DNA of 64,000 nt from Nitrospirota bacterium. Lineage in GTDB: Bacteria > Nitrospirota > Thermodesulfovibrionia > Thermodesulfovibrionales > JdFR-86. Of the stretch, positions 19,754-31,085 are shown piece after piece; within the stretch, counting starts at the first letter, position 1; each line of letters begins with the position of its first letter. The stretch spans positions 32,001 through 96,000 of the forward strand of contig CAVRJY010000001.1 in assembly GCA_963721805.1 (NCBI GenBank), written 5' to 3'. Both the position numbers and the translations under genes were made by a program. The notes under the pieces were generated by a model that ran no database searches, was not told the origin of the DNA, and was given only the letters and a program-made list of their open reading frames with translations.

Positions 19754-20763
19754 ATGAAGGGCGCGAAGGTCATAATCAAGAAGGTCAAGAAGCGCGGCCA
19801 CGCGGGCGGCCACGGCGGCAGCTGGAAGGTCGCCTACGCGGACTTCGTCACGGCCATGATGGCCTTCTTCCTCCTGCTTTGGCTCCTCTCTATGGTATCC
19901 CCCGAAAAACGCGCGCGCCTTGCCGAGTACTTCAAGTTCTTCGCGATATTCGAGAAGTCCGGCAACGCTCGATGATGGACGGCAACATGAGCCTCGTCGG
20001 CGAGAGCTCGGGCGAGGCCCCGAAGGTCCCGGAGGAGTTCGGCAGCAGGAAGGAGGAGGTCCGCCCGGCGCAGGGCCAGACCCAGCTTCCGACCCCCGCT
20101 CCCCAGCAGCAGGACATCCAGAGCATGGAGCAGCAACTCCAGCAGAAGGCCCTCGACCAGAGCAAAGAGGCCCTGATGGAGAAGATCAAGCGCGAGATCG
20201 AGCGTAAGCTCGCGGAACTCAAAGACCAGGTCATTATCGACATCTTCGAGGGCGGCGTGCGCATACAGCTCGTGGACAAGGACAAAAAGCCTATGTTCGC
20301 GCTCGCAAGCGCCGAGCCCACGCCGGACGCAAAGCGCATCCTGCGCGTCATCGCGGACAACATCAACGGCCTCAATAACAAGATCGCGATCGAGGGCCAT
20401 ACGGACTCGCTCTCGTACGCCTCGGGGAAGTTCACTAACTGGGAGCTCTCGACCGAGCGCGCCTCGGCCGCGCGCAAGGAACTCGAGCGCGACGGCATGA
20501 GCCCGGACCGCCTGACCCGCGTTGCGGGATATGCCGCGACCGACCCGCTCATACCCGAAAACCCGGCCGACCCCCGCAACCGCCGCATCAGCATAATGCT
20601 CATGTTCCAGAAACCCAAGAGCCCGCCCTCATATGGCGAGGCCGACGGAGCATCGAAGCCGAGCATCTATAAGCCCGCACAGCGCACGGGCTCAACCGGC
20701 ACGATCTCGCTGGGCACCAAACTGGACGACGTGACCGAGATCAAGCCGGTCAAGAAGCCGTAA
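19754..20763 (+). CDS. motB: Flagellar stator MotB, set 2 (apparent frameshift ~19968)
   Basis: HGGSWKVAYADFVTAMMAFFLLLWL; IEGHTDS, NWELSTERA, NRRISI. Confidence 0.88.
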
Positions 20764-20791
20764 CCGCAATCGGCAAACCGCTACCTTTTTC

Positions 20792-20977
20792 AAAGCGCGC
20801 CAAATCGCTTGATACTTCGTTGGGCTTCAAAGACTCGCCCTCCATGTACGCCCAAGTACACCATCGGGCGGTCTTCTCGCCCTGCCTTGTCTGAAGCCGA
20901 TTTGGGCGCGCTTTCGGGGGGAGAGGAAGGGGGCCAGTCGGCCCCGCCCCCCGCGCCCCACAAGGTCAACGGCATTA
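20792..20977 (-). repeat. R element copy (subtype A) with an S-type hairpin in its variable loop
   Basis: Matches the R consensus; contains GAAGGGGGCCAGTCGGCCCC at 20926-20945. Confidence 0.9.
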
Positions 20978-20982
20978 GCTAG

Positions 20983-21054
20983 AGGTGAGCGCTTTGGCGC
21001 GATTAGTGAGAGGGCCAGTCGGCCCCGAATAGTGAGAGGTGCCCGTGGCACCCC
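20983..21054 (+). repeat. S-family short hairpin repeat cluster
   Basis: GGTGAGCGC...GCGCGATTAG, GAGAGGGCCAGTCGGCCCC, GAATAG, GAGAGGTGCCCGTGGCACCCC. Confidence 0.7.
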
Positions 21055-21183
21055 TTATGCGCTTTTAAGGGCCGCGATATCGAGCTTGGTCATTTTAATC
21101 AAGGCCGCCATCACGCGCTCGGCCTTCGCTGCATCGCTGTTTTGCAGCAATTCGTCCAGAACGCTGGGGACGATCTTCTGCAT
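21055..21183 (-). pseudogene. Internally deleted PhnB-like VOC gene remnant (42 aa)
   Basis: RBS AAGGAGG then MQKIVPSVLDELLQNSDAAKAERVMAALIKMTKLDIAALKSA; resembles an N-terminal MQKI joined to the family C-terminus. Confidence 0.6.
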
Positions 21184-21337
21184 GCCAGCCTCCTTAGATG
21201 GTGTGATCCACAGATCTTAGTGCAAGACGAGGCCGGGCGCAATCAGGCTTGACAGCCCGCTTAATCGCCACTAGAATTCACTCAAGAGGCGGTTACTGCG
21301 ATACAAACAATCCTCACGAGTGCCGAAGGAGGCGTCA

Positions 21338-21709
21338 ATGACACACAACCCGGTCATCTGGTTCGAGATCTACGTGGAGGACATGGACAGGGCGACTCAT
21401 TTTTACAAGAACGTCTTTCAGGTCAAGCTGACCAAGATGGACATGCCCGGCATGCAGATGTGGGGCTTTCCGATGGAGATGAACCAGGTCGGCGCCGGAG
21501 GCGCGCTGGTGAAGATGGAAGGCATTCCGGTCGGCGGCAACAGCACGGTCGTCTACTTCGGCTGCGAGGACTGCGCGGTCGAGGAGTCGCGCGTGGTCGA
21601 GCACGGAGGCAGCGTCCATAAGCCCAAGTTCTCGATAGGCGAATACGGGTTTATCTCGCTGGTCATGGACCCGGAAGGCAATATGATCGGCCTGCACTCG
21701 ATGAAGTAG
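21338..21709 (+). CDS. VOC/glyoxalase family protein
   Basis: NPVIWFEIYVEDMDRA...DPEGNMIGLHS. Confidence 0.88.
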   Translation: MTHNPVIWFEIYVEDMDRATHFYKNVFQVKLTKMDMPGMQMWGFPMEMNQVGAGGALVKMEGIPVGGNSTVVYFGCEDCAVEESRVVEHGGSVHKPKFSIGEYGFISLVMDPEGNMIGLHSMK

Positions 21710-21754
21710 GGGGCCGCGCCACCTGGCAACTATTCGCTGCTTGCCGCTCACTTA

Positions 21755-21780
21755 AAGGGGCCGTAAGGCCCCTTTTCTTT
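21755..21780 (+). terminator. Rho-independent terminator
   Basis: AAGGGGCC-GTAA-GGCCCCTT followed by TTCTTT. Confidence 0.75.
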
Positions 21781-21879
21781 CAAGGCTTCAAAGTCGCGCC
21801 CCCGGAGTGCGTCTCAGTACACCTGCGGGGCGCCGCGGGCACTTCCCTCCCCAGGCCCACCACTGAAGCCAGCCCCATT

Positions 21880-24564
21880 TCATTTGTCCAGGACTTCTCT
21901 TATCTTTTTTAACAGATCCTTAGGCGATACCGGTTTCATGATAAAATTCAATTCTTCTTTAAACATACTGTCCTTCTCTATCCTGTCCGCGGTGTACCCG
22001 CTGGAAAAGAGGGCTTTCAGATCGGGCCTCAAGTTTATCATGCTGTCATACGCCTCTTTGCCGCTTTTCCTGGGCATTATCATGTCAAGCATGACAAGCT
22101 GAATTTTATCTTTGTTGTCCATGAATTTATTTATTGCTTCCTCTCCGTCTTCAGCGAGAATTACGTTGTAGCCGTACGACTGCAGTACGGTTGAAAAGAG
22201 TTTTCTTAATGCGGCGTCATCCTCGGCAACGAGTATCGTCTCGGTCCCTCTCGATGGAAGCGGTTCGGCGGCTGTTTTGACAATGACTTCTTCCGTTGAT
22301 TTGATTGCCGGAAGATATATCCTGAATGTAGTTCCCTTTTCAGGCTCACTGTATACGTTTATATAACCGTTGTGCTGCTTTATTATGCCGTATGACATCG
22401 CAAGACCCAGCCCGGTGCCCTTCCCGACCTCCTTGGTAGTAAAGAAAGGCTCGAATATCTTGGACATTGTCTCTTTTCCCATCCCGCTGCCTGTGTCAGA
22501 GACGGAAATGACCGCAAACATTCCGGGCTCCCCGTAACCATGGGCTTGAATGAAGGTCTCGTCCAGTTCCACGAGTTGCGTGTCCAGGGTCAGCTGTCCT
22601 CCGTGTGGCATGGCATCCCTCGCGTTCATCGCAAGGTTCAGGAGCACCTGCTCTATCTGGCCGGCGTCCGCCATACTGATCGCTTCTTTTCCGGCGAAGT
22701 GCGTGCTCAGCTCGATATCCTCGCCGATCAGCCTGGAGAGTAACTTCCCGAACCGCTGCATCAAGGCGTTTATATTTACAGGCTTGGGATTCAATATCTG
22801 TTTTCTGCTGAAGGCAAGAAGGCTGTATGTGATCTCAGCGGCCCTGTCTGCCGATGTGAGTATCAGGTCCACGTATTCTCTCAGGGGGTCTTCGCTCTTA
22901 ATGTCCGCCTGAAGGAGACTTCCATAGCCCATGATTGCCTGCAGGATATTGTTGAAGTCATGCGCGATCCCTCCGGCAAGAAGCCCGACGGATTCCATCT
23001 TCTGGGCCTGGAGAAGTTGCTCTTCGAGATTGTTGCGTTCCGTGAGGTCTCTGCCTACGCCGCTTATGCCTATCGGCTTCCCTGTATGGTCCCTGAGCAG
23101 TGCGGCTTTGAATTCATGGGGGATCTGCTTACCCTCTTTAGTGACAACCGCGGCATCAAGCGTGGCGCTGCCTTCGCTAACCGCCTTCCCAAAGGCCTCG
23201 GATACCCGCACTATATCATCGTTTCGGAAGAAATCAGTAACCTTCATCAGGGCGATTTCGCTGTCGGTGTAGCCTATGACCTCATTCATTGCCTTATTCC
23301 ACCTGATGAACCTTCCATCCAAATCAAAGACAAAGAATATGTCATTCAGTGTGTTTAGCGCATCTTCAATAAACGTCTTTTCTTTTTTAAGCGTTTCCTC
23401 GGCCAGCTTCCGATCGGTGACATCGCGAATATTGCATTGTGCCAGCCTTGCCCTGTCGACCATGTATATGTCCGCGAAGATATCTTGCCCTGACTTGGTT
23501 TTTATCGAAACTTCATCGTAATTAATAATGGAGCTCTTGCCCAAAGCCTGCATTATCGCCGGGAAGTCACTCGTGTCCAGCGACACGCCGATTTCCTGAA
23601 GCTGTTTCCCGACCGACTCCTCTTCGGAATAGCCCAACATCTTCTTGGTGGCCGGATTCACATGGACTATAGTCCCCGCGTGTTTTTCGAGGAGCACTAT
23701 CCCGTCGCTTGCGGTCTCAAAAATTCTCCTGTATTGCTCTTCGGAGTCTGTTAACAAGTCTTCCAGGCGCTTGCGCTCTGTGATGTCCTCGATGGCGAGA
23801 AGGATGATCCGCTCTTTCCCGGACGCTCTTTTGATCTGCCGGGCGTTTAACAGCATTATGCGCCTGCCGATGTCAGAAAAATCGTGTTCAACCTCATAGT
23901 CGTCAAAGGTGGCCTTCTGTGGGAGGATGTTCTCCAGCAGCTCCCGCAGGCTCGGGATGTCCCACTGCTTGTTGCCGAGGTCATAGATAAGCTGTCCCAC
24001 GGTCTCGGTGGGGTTTACCTTAAAGACCTCATAGAAGGAGCGGCTGGCGGAGACCACCCTCAGGTCCTGGTCCAGGGCGATTAAGGGCTCGCGCACGGTA
24101 TTGATGATGTTCACGGCGTATTCGCGCGCTTCGTCCACGGTTATTTTAGCCGACTGCAGCTCTATGCGGGCTTTTTCGAGCCCGTTTTCTATCTCCTTGC
24201 GCTCGGTGATGTCCTCGATGGCGAGAAGGATTATCGGCAGCGCGTCTTTCTTTTCCCTGATTTTGCAGGCGTTAAGGAGCATGGTCTTCTGCCCGATGCT
24301 CTCAAAAACATGTTCGATTTCGTAGTCATCGACCGTGTCGTTCTTCGAGAGGATATCCTCAAGCAGCACGCGGAGGTACGGGATGTCCCATTGTCCGTTT
24401 CCGAGTTCGTATAAAAGAGAGCCGATCGTATTAGCGGAATCCACCTTGAAGATTTTGAAGAAACTGCGATTGGCCGACAGGACTCTCATGTTTTCATCCA
24501 GTATGAGAATGGCCTCGCGAACCGTGTTAAAAATGTTCCTGAAATAGTCGTCCTGGATTAACAC
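21880..24564 (-). CDS. Multi-PAS hybrid histidine kinase (HisKA, HATPase, REC)
   Basis: AGGIAHDFNNIL, FEPFFTTKEVGKGTGLGL, C-terminal REC; tandem duplicated N-terminal PAS. Confidence 0.92.
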   Translation of the reverse strand: MLIQDDYFRNIFNTVREAILILDENMRVLSANRSFFKIFKVDSANTIGSLLYELGNGQWDIPYLRVLLEDILSKNDTVDDYEIEHVFESIGQKTMLLNACKIREKKDALPIILLAIEDITERKEIENGLEKARIELQSAKITVDEAREYAVNIINTVREPLIALDQDLRVVSASRSFYEVFKVNPTETVGQLIYDLGNKQWDIPSLRELLENILPQKATFDDYEVEHDFSDIGRRIMLLNARQIKRASGKERIILLAIEDITERKRLEDLLTDSEEQYRRIFETASDGIVLLEKHAGTIVHVNPATKKMLGYSEEESVGKQLQEIGVSLDTSDFPAIMQALGKSSIINYDEVSIKTKSGQDIFADIYMVDRARLAQCNIRDVTDRKLAEETLKKEKTFIEDALNTLNDIFFVFDLDGRFIRWNKAMNEVIGYTDSEIALMKVTDFFRNDDIVRVSEAFGKAVSEGSATLDAAVVTKEGKQIPHEFKAALLRDHTGKPIGISGVGRDLTERNNLEEQLLQAQKMESVGLLAGGIAHDFNNILQAIMGYGSLLQADIKSEDPLREYVDLILTSADRAAEITYSLLAFSRKQILNPKPVNINALMQRFGKLLSRLIGEDIELSTHFAGKEAISMADAGQIEQVLLNLAMNARDAMPHGGQLTLDTQLVELDETFIQAHGYGEPGMFAVISVSDTGSGMGKETMSKIFEPFFTTKEVGKGTGLGLAMSYGIIKQHNGYINVYSEPEKGTTFRIYLPAIKSTEEVIVKTAAEPLPSRGTETILVAEDDAALRKLFSTVLQSYGYNVILAEDGEEAINKFMDNKDKIQLVMLDMIMPRKSGKEAYDSMINLRPDLKALFSSGYTADRIEKDSMFKEELNFIMKPVSPKDLLKKIREVLDK

Positions 24565-24666
24565 CTATCCGCTCCGGTCATGAAACAATAAATATACTGT
24601 GCCCACACCTCATGTTAGTCCAATCCGCATGCCTTTGCAAGCAGCGTGCGGCCTAGTGCGTGCTCC

Positions 24667-24720
24667 GGGGACGATTTTCGAGCGGTGGCGCATTATCACG
24701 CAAGTTTAGGGCGCTTTGAA
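24667..24720 (+). repeat. Degenerate R element 3' half (subtype B-like)
   Basis: GATTTTCGAGCGGTGGCGCATTATCACGCAAGTTTAGGGCGCTTTGAA resembles 58815-58868 and 2535-2576. Confidence 0.5.
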
Positions 24721-24725
24721 GAAAG

Positions 24726-27185
24726 CTATCGAGAGCGGGGTGAGGGTGGAACAGGCGGCGTGTGCGGGGCGGGCGGAGTTGGCGGCACATTCGGCTGGTT
24801 CTGGCTCGCGGGAACGAGCGGGTTCGCTGCGGTGAGAGGGTTCTCGCGTTCCCTCGTGCGCCATATCGTGGTCGAGCTTTCCTTCGGCTCGGAGCCCTCG
24901 CGGAAGTATTCCGTATACGCGTCCTGCGTCCAGCGCGTGGCGAGCTTTCCGGTCTCGGGGTCGATCTGCCGCGTGACGATGCCCTCGGGGACATCGAAGT
25001 CCACCGGCTTGCCGCGCGAGGGGACGCTCTGCATGAAGTTCACCCAGATCGGCGCGGCGGCCCCGCCGCCCGTTGCTCCGGTCTCTGCCGAGCCCAGGGG
25101 CTTCATCTCGTCAAACCCGACCCATACGGCCGCCAGCATCTCGGTCGTGAACCCCACGAACCAGGCGTCCTTGAAGTCGTTCGTCGTGCCGGTCTTGCCG
25201 GCCACGGGGCGGCCGAGGGCGCGCGCCGCGCCTCCGGTGCCGAACTGCACGACGTCGCGCATCATCGAGCCCACGAGGTATGCGCTCTGCGGGTCGACGG
25301 CCTGCACGGGGTCGGCCTTCGGCAGCGGCAGGATGTTGCCCGAGGCGTCCTTGACGTATTTTATGCCGACCGGCTCGACCTTGAGCCCGCCGTTTGCGAG
25401 CACGTCGTATACCGAGGTCAGCTCCAGGGGCGTGAGGCTCAGCGAGCCGAGCGCGATCGTGAAGTTGCGGGGCATTGCCGTGCGCACGCCCATGCGCGAG
25501 GCGGTATCGAGCACGCGGTCTATGCCGAGGGCCTCGACGAGCCTGACCGAGACGACGTTTACGGAGTGCGTGAGGGCCTCGCGCAGCCGCGTCGGGCCGT
25601 GGTATTTGCCGTCGAAGTTCTTGGGCGACCAGACCGAGCCGTCGGGGTTTCTAAACTTGATCTCCTCGTCGTTGACCAGGCTTGCCGGGGTGAACGAGCC
25701 GCTCTCCATGGCCGAGGTGTAGATCACCGGCTTGAAGGCCGAGCCGACCTGGCGCGAGGCGTTTATCGCCCGGTTAAACTGGCTCTTCGAGTAGTCAGGG
25801 CCGCCGACCAGCGCGCGGATATAGCCTGTATCCGGCTCCATCGCGACGAGCGCGGACTGGACGTCAGGCTCCTGATCGAGGCTGAACTCGGCGCGCCCGG
25901 GGGTGTTGAGCTTGACCGCCACCTCGATCACGTCGCCGGGGTGCAGCAGCTCGCGCAGCCTCACGCGGCCCTTGTGCACCGTCCGCTGGCGCTTCGGGTC
26001 GAACACGGCCTCGGCCCACTGGCAGTCCTTCTCGGCCAGCCGTCCGGTCAGGGCCTCGGTATGCACCGTGGCCGCGCCGTCGCTGACGCTCATGACCGTG
26101 CCGCGCAGGATCTCGCCGGGGACCGGATTTTTGAATACGAGCGAGGGCTTGACGTTGCCCTTGGCCTCCAGCGACTTGAGGTCGCGGTGGCCCATCGGGC
26201 CGCGCCAGCCGCGGCGCTTGTCGAACGCGCGCAGGCCGGAACGGATCGCTGATTCGGCCGCGTGCTGCATGCGGCGGTCCATCGTGGTATAGACGCGCAG
26301 GCCGCCGCGGAAGACCGCTTCCTCGCCGTATTCCTTAAGCGCGATGCCCTTTACGTAGTCGATGAAATAGTTGTTCTCGCCGCCCTCGGAGGCGCGCGAC
26401 GAGAGCGAGACCGGCGACTGCTCGGCCTCGACCCTCTGGCGGCGGGTGATGAAGCCGACCTCCTCCATGCGCTGCAGGACGGTCTGCTGCCTGGCGCGCG
26501 AGCGCTCGATGTCGTTAAACGGCGAGAACGAGCTCGGGGCCTTCAGCAGCCCGGCGATCATCGCGGCCTCGGGCAGCGTCAGGCGCTTGGCGTCCTTGTT
26601 GAAGTAGGCGTGCGCGGCCATCTGCACCCCGTACGCCCCGGAGCCGAGGTAGACCTTGTTTAGGTAGTACTCGAGGATCTCCTCCTTGCTCATGCTCTGC
26701 TCGATGCGGCGGGCTAGGATGAGTTCCTTGATCTTGCGGGTGAAGGTCTTCTCGGAAGACAGGAGGGTGTTCTTGGCCAGCTGCTGCGTGATCGTGCTGC
26801 CGCCCTCCCTGAGCTGGCCCTTCGTGATGTCTATGAACGCGGCGCGCAGGATCGCCATGTAGTCGATGCCCCCGTGGCGCCAGAAGCTCTCGTCCTCGAC
26901 CGCGACGACCGCGTTTATCATCTGCGGCGAGATGTCCTGGAGCTTGACGTACACGCCCTGCGAGGGCTTTATCTCCCCTATCAACGTGCCGTCGTCCGCG
27001 TAGACCTTCGTGCCGGGGGCCTCCGGGCCCTGCCGCAGTTCGGCTATCGAGGGGATCGTGCGCGAGAAGGAGTAGTACATGCCGATGCCGATGCCGATTA
27101 CCGCCGGCACGAGCACGAACAGGAGGATAACGAGGACCACACCCCCCTTTGCGGGGCGGGGGTCATGTCTGTGGATCAAGCCCAT
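24726..27185 (-). CDS. mrcA: Penicillin-binding protein 1A (transglycosylase-transpeptidase)
   Basis: AVEDESF, GGSTITQQLAKN, RKIKE, GSAFK (SxxK), SVN, GKTGT. Confidence 0.92.
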   Translation of the reverse strand: MGLIHRHDPRPAKGGVVLVILLFVLVPAVIGIGIGMYYSFSRTIPSIAELRQGPEAPGTKVYADDGTLIGEIKPSQGVYVKLQDISPQMINAVVAVEDESFWRHGGIDYMAILRAAFIDITKGQLREGGSTITQQLAKNTLLSSEKTFTRKIKELILARRIEQSMSKEEILEYYLNKVYLGSGAYGVQMAAHAYFNKDAKRLTLPEAAMIAGLLKAPSSFSPFNDIERSRARQQTVLQRMEEVGFITRRQRVEAEQSPVSLSSRASEGGENNYFIDYVKGIALKEYGEEAVFRGGLRVYTTMDRRMQHAAESAIRSGLRAFDKRRGWRGPMGHRDLKSLEAKGNVKPSLVFKNPVPGEILRGTVMSVSDGAATVHTEALTGRLAEKDCQWAEAVFDPKRQRTVHKGRVRLRELLHPGDVIEVAVKLNTPGRAEFSLDQEPDVQSALVAMEPDTGYIRALVGGPDYSKSQFNRAINASRQVGSAFKPVIYTSAMESGSFTPASLVNDEEIKFRNPDGSVWSPKNFDGKYHGPTRLREALTHSVNVVSVRLVEALGIDRVLDTASRMGVRTAMPRNFTIALGSLSLTPLELTSVYDVLANGGLKVEPVGIKYVKDASGNILPLPKADPVQAVDPQSAYLVGSMMRDVVQFGTGGAARALGRPVAGKTGTTNDFKDAWFVGFTTEMLAAVWVGFDEMKPLGSAETGATGGGAAAPIWVNFMQSVPSRGKPVDFDVPEGIVTRQIDPETGKLATRWTQDAYTEYFREGSEPKESSTTIWRTRERENPLTAANPLVPASQNQPNVPPTPPAPHTPPVPPSPRSR

Positions 27186-27314
27186 CGAAGAATTATAACA
27201 CCCCCGCATCAGCCGGGGCCAACCGGGTGCATCGAGGCATCCCGCCCGCATATGCAGTTACGCATTCAGGCATATGGTGATAGGATGTGTATATATATTG
27301 GAAAGGAGACGGTC

Positions 27315-27545
27315 ATGGGCTACGGCGATTATGGCATGAACATGAGATGGTTCGGGTGGATAGGCATGCTGGCCTTCTGGTTGCTGGTAATCATTGTGGT
27401 AGTGCTTTTGATCCGGTGGATCATAGTGTCGTTGAACCGGGGGGCCGGTGGCGCAAAGGGCCCGCTCGATATCCTCAAGAAGCGCTACGCCAAAGGCGAG
27501 ATAACCAAGGAGGAGTTCGAGGAGAAAAAAAAGGACCTCGGATAG
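27315..27545 (+). CDS. SHOCT-domain small membrane protein
   Basis: One TM helix plus [22 protein letters not shown]. Confidence 0.8.
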   Translation: MGYGDYGMNMRWFGWIGMLAFWLLVIIVVVLLIRWIIVSLNRGAGGAKGPLDILKKRYAKGEITKEEFEEKKKDLG

Positions 27546-27549
27546 GCCC

Positions 27550-29949
27550 ATGAAGGTAACAGACCCCGTCTGCGGGATGGCCATGGAGGACAAGGACGCC
27601 GCCGGGACATCCTCGTATAAGGGCTCGACCTATTATTTCTGCTCCCCGAATTGCAAAGAGAAGTTCGACAGGGGCCCGGCATCTTATGCCATCGAAAAAC
27701 CCCCGGCGCAGCCAGCCGCAAGCACTGCGCTCTACACCTGCCCGATGCACACCGACGTGCGCTCTGACAAACCGGGGACGTGCCCCAAGTGCGGGATGGC
27801 CCTTGAGCCGGTTGCCGCGGCGATGCCTGCTGCCAAGACCGAGTGGGTCTGCCCGATGCACCCCGAGGTCGTACGCGACGCGCCCGGAAGCTGCCCGATC
27901 TGCGGCATGGCCCTTGAGCCGAAGACGGTCATGCCCGAGGAGGTGGAAAACCCCGAGCTCACGGACATGAAGCGCCGGTTTATTGCGAGCGTAGCGCTTA
28001 CGGTCCCGGTCTTCCTTATCGCGATGAGCGGTATCATTCCGGGGCTCGGCGTGCTGGAGGACATCATCCCGCGCGAGTTCATGAAATGGATCGAGCTGAT
28101 CCTTGCCACGCCGGTCGTCCTCTGGGGCGGCTGGCCGTTTTTCGTACGCGGCTGGCAGTCGGTCATAAACCGGAGCCCGAACATGTTCACGCTTATCGGC
28201 CTCGGCACGGGGGTAGGGTATGCCTACAGCGTCGCCGCGACCGTAGCGCCAGGCATATTCCCCGAGTCCTTCCGCCGTGGCGGAGAGGTCGAAGTGTATT
28301 TCGAGGCCTCGGCGGTCATCGTCACGCTCGTCCTGCTCGGGCAGGTGCTGGAGCTCATGGCCAGAGGCAGGACAGGGGCCGCGATCAAGGCCCTCCTGGG
28401 CCTCGCGCCCAAGACCGCCCGCCGCATCAAGGACGGCTCCGAGGAGGACGTCCCCCTCGATACCGTCAGCCCAGGCGACCTCCTGCGGGTGCGCCCCGGC
28501 GAGAAGGTGCCTGTAGACGGCGTGGTCACCGAGGGCTCAAGCCCGGTGGACGAGTCGATGGTCACCGGAGAGCCCATCCCGGTGGGGAAGAAAGCAGGCG
28601 ACCATATTATCGGCGCCACGATTAACGGCACCGGCTCGCTCGTGATGCGTGCCGAGAAGGTCGGAGCCGAGACCCTGCTTGCGCAGATCGTCCGCATGGT
28701 GGCCGAGGCGCAGCGGAGCCGGGCCCCGATCCAGAAGCTGGCCGATACGGTAGGCGGGTATTTCGTGCAGGCAGTGATCGCGGCCGCGGCCCTGACATTC
28801 GCTGTCTGGGCATGGATCGGCCCCGAGCCCCGGATGGCCTTCGCACTCATAAACGCGGTCGCGGTCCTGATCATAGCCTGCCCCTGCGCGCTGGGGCTCG
28901 CAACGCCTATGTCGATCATGGTAGCGATGGGCAAGGGCGCGACGGCGGGGGTGCTTTTTAAGGACGCCGAGGCGGTCGAGATCGCGCGGAAGGTCGACAC
29001 GCTCGTCGTGGACAAGACAGGCACGCTGACCGAGGGAAGGCCGAAGCTCGTCGAGGTCTCACCGGCCGCCGGGTTTGACGAAAATACGGTGCTTCGCTTG
29101 GCGGCCAGCCTAGAGCAGGGCAGCGAGCACCCTCTGGGTGCTGCCATTCTAAAAGGCGCGGCTGAGCGGGGCATTAAACCCGCACGCGTGGAGTCCTTCG
29201 AGTCCGTAACCGGGGAGGGCGTAAAGGGAGGAGTCGAAGGCCGCGAGGTCGCGCTCGGCAACGCGAAGCTCATTGAGGGGCTGGGCATTGCGCCCGGCGA
29301 GCTCTCCTCTAAGGCCGAGGCGATGCGCACCGGGGGCCAGACCGCTATGTTCCTCGCGGTGGACGGCAAACCGGCAGGGCTCCTTGGCGTCGCCAACCCG
29401 ATTAAGGCGACCACGCCCGAGGCCATAGAGGGGCTTCATGCAGAGGGCGTCCGCATAGTGATGCTCACCGGCGACAGCCGCACCACGGCCGAGGCGGTCT
29501 CGAGAAAGCTCGGCATAGACGAGACGGTCGCGGAGATAATGCCCGACCAGAAGGCCGAGATCGTAAAGCGCCTGCAGGCCGAAGGCCGGATCGTGGCCAT
29601 GGCGGGCGACGGGATCAACGACGCCCCGGCCCTCGCCCAGGCCCACGTCGGCATCGCGATGGGCACGGGCACGGACGTTGCCATGCAGAGCGCGGGCGTG
29701 ACGCTCGTCAAAGGCGACCTGCGCGGCATCCTCAGGGCAAGGCGGCTGAGCCGGGCGACGATGCGCAACATAAGGCAAAACCTCTTTTGGGCCTTCATCT
29801 ACAACGCCCTGGGCGTGCCTGTGGCGGCAGGCGTGCTATATCCCTTTTTCGGCATCCTCCTGAGCCCTATGATCGCGGCCGCGGCGATGAGCTTCAGCTC
29901 GGTCTCGGTCATCGGAAACGCGCTCAGGCTCAGGCGGGCCAAGCTGTGA
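27550..29949 (+). CDS. copA: Copper-translocating P1B-type ATPase with YHS and two CPMH metal-binding domains
   Basis: [42 protein letters not shown]. Confidence 0.93.
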   Translation: MKVTDPVCGMAMEDKDAAGTSSYKGSTYYFCSPNCKEKFDRGPASYAIEKPPAQPAASTALYTCPMHTDVRSDKPGTCPKCGMALEPVAAAMPAAKTEWVCPMHPEVVRDAPGSCPICGMALEPKTVMPEEVENPELTDMKRRFIASVALTVPVFLIAMSGIIPGLGVLEDIIPREFMKWIELILATPVVLWGGWPFFVRGWQSVINRSPNMFTLIGLGTGVGYAYSVAATVAPGIFPESFRRGGEVEVYFEASAVIVTLVLLGQVLELMARGRTGAAIKALLGLAPKTARRIKDGSEEDVPLDTVSPGDLLRVRPGEKVPVDGVVTEGSSPVDESMVTGEPIPVGKKAGDHIIGATINGTGSLVMRAEKVGAETLLAQIVRMVAEAQRSRAPIQKLADTVGGYFVQAVIAAAALTFAVWAWIGPEPRMAFALINAVAVLIIACPCALGLATPMSIMVAMGKGATAGVLFKDAEAVEIARKVDTLVVDKTGTLTEGRPKLVEVSPAAGFDENTVLRLAASLEQGSEHPLGAAILKGAAERGIKPARVESFESVTGEGVKGGVEGREVALGNAKLIEGLGIAPGELSSKAEAMRTGGQTAMFLAVDGKPAGLLGVANPIKATTPEAIEGLHAEGVRIVMLTGDSRTTAEAVSRKLGIDETVAEIMPDQKAEIVKRLQAEGRIVAMAGDGINDAPALAQAHVGIAMGTGTDVAMQSAGVTLVKGDLRGILRARRLSRATMRNIRQNLFWAFIYNALGVPVAAGVLYPFFGILLSPMIAAAAMSFSSVSVIGNALRLRRAKL

Positions 29950-30040
29950 TAGAAGGGGCAACCGCCCCCTTGTATAGCGTAAGGCAAGGTTGAGCAGCAC
30001 ACGTGTGGCACCGCGAACAGAAAAGGGGGCACCCGGCCCC

Positions 30041-31085
30041 CTATTGGTGCTGCTCGAAGATCTCCTCAAATACCGGCGCGATCTCCTTAAACGCCCTGAG
30101 CACGGCGGGGTCGAAGTGCTCAGGCATCGTCCTGCCGTCGCCCACGGTTATGATCCTCAGCGCCTTGTCATGGTCATAGGCCGGTTTATAGGGCCTGGCT
30201 GCACCTAAGCGCGTCATACTGATCGACGAGCATGACGATCCTCCCCTCAAGCGGGATCCTCTCCCCGCGCAGCCCCCGCGGGTATCCGCCGCCGCCCCAG
30301 CGCTCGTGGTGGTTCAGCGCTATCGAGGCGGTCATCTGGATGCGGGGATAGGCCGAGCCCGCCAGTATCTTTTCCCCTATCGTGGGGTGAGTCCTCATGA
30401 TCTCGGTTTCGACCCTGTTGAGCGGCCCGGGCTTGAGCAGTATGTTGTCGGGTATGCCTATCTTGCCTATGTCATGCAGCGGGCTTGCGAAGGTTATCGT
30501 CTCGATGAAGTCCGCCGGCATCTCCATCGCCTCCGCGATCTTGTTGGAATAAAACCCTATCCGCGATATATGCGCCCCGGTGTCCGTGTCCCTGAACTCC
30601 GCGGCCACGGTCAGTTTGCGCACCATCTCGTTGCTCATGTTCCAAAGTTCCAGGGTCCTCTCGCGGACCTGCCGCTCCAGTATCTGGTTGTGCGAGAGCA
30701 TGAAGTCCTCGAACGCCTTGATCTTAAGGAGGTTTCTGACGCGGATCATCAGCTCGGTCTGGTCTATCGGCTTTGAGAGGAAATCGTTGGCCGAGACCGA
30801 GAGGCCTTTTATCTTGGACTCCCTGTCGTTAAGCGCGGTCACCATGATTACCGGTATATTTTTCGTGTCCGGGTCTTCCCTGATGAGCCTGCACGCCTCG
30901 AAGCCGTCCATGACCGGCATCATGATATCGAGGATTATCAGGTCGGGCAAGAAGTCCCTTGCCTTCCGGACCGCATCGGCTCCATTGTCCGCTATGTCTA
31001 TATCATATCCAAGAGGCGCCAGCCAGGCGATGAGCATCCTGAGGTTGGGTTTCTCGTCGTCCACGATCAGGATCTTCTCTGTCAT
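30041..31085 (-). CDS. REC + HD-GYP c-di-GMP phosphodiesterase (apparent frameshift ~30205)
   Basis: [23 protein letters not shown] continues in another frame. Confidence 0.88.

Noticed and set aside
23770..24540. Internal duplication in the PAS kinase as a novel repeat system
   Set aside because: Ordinary tandem PAS-domain duplication within one reading frame.
24646..26663. Long antisense ORFs opposite PBP1A (also opposite rho, the AmmeMemo gene and copA)
   Set aside because: Shadow ORFs expected in high-GC coding DNA; no recognisable motifs.
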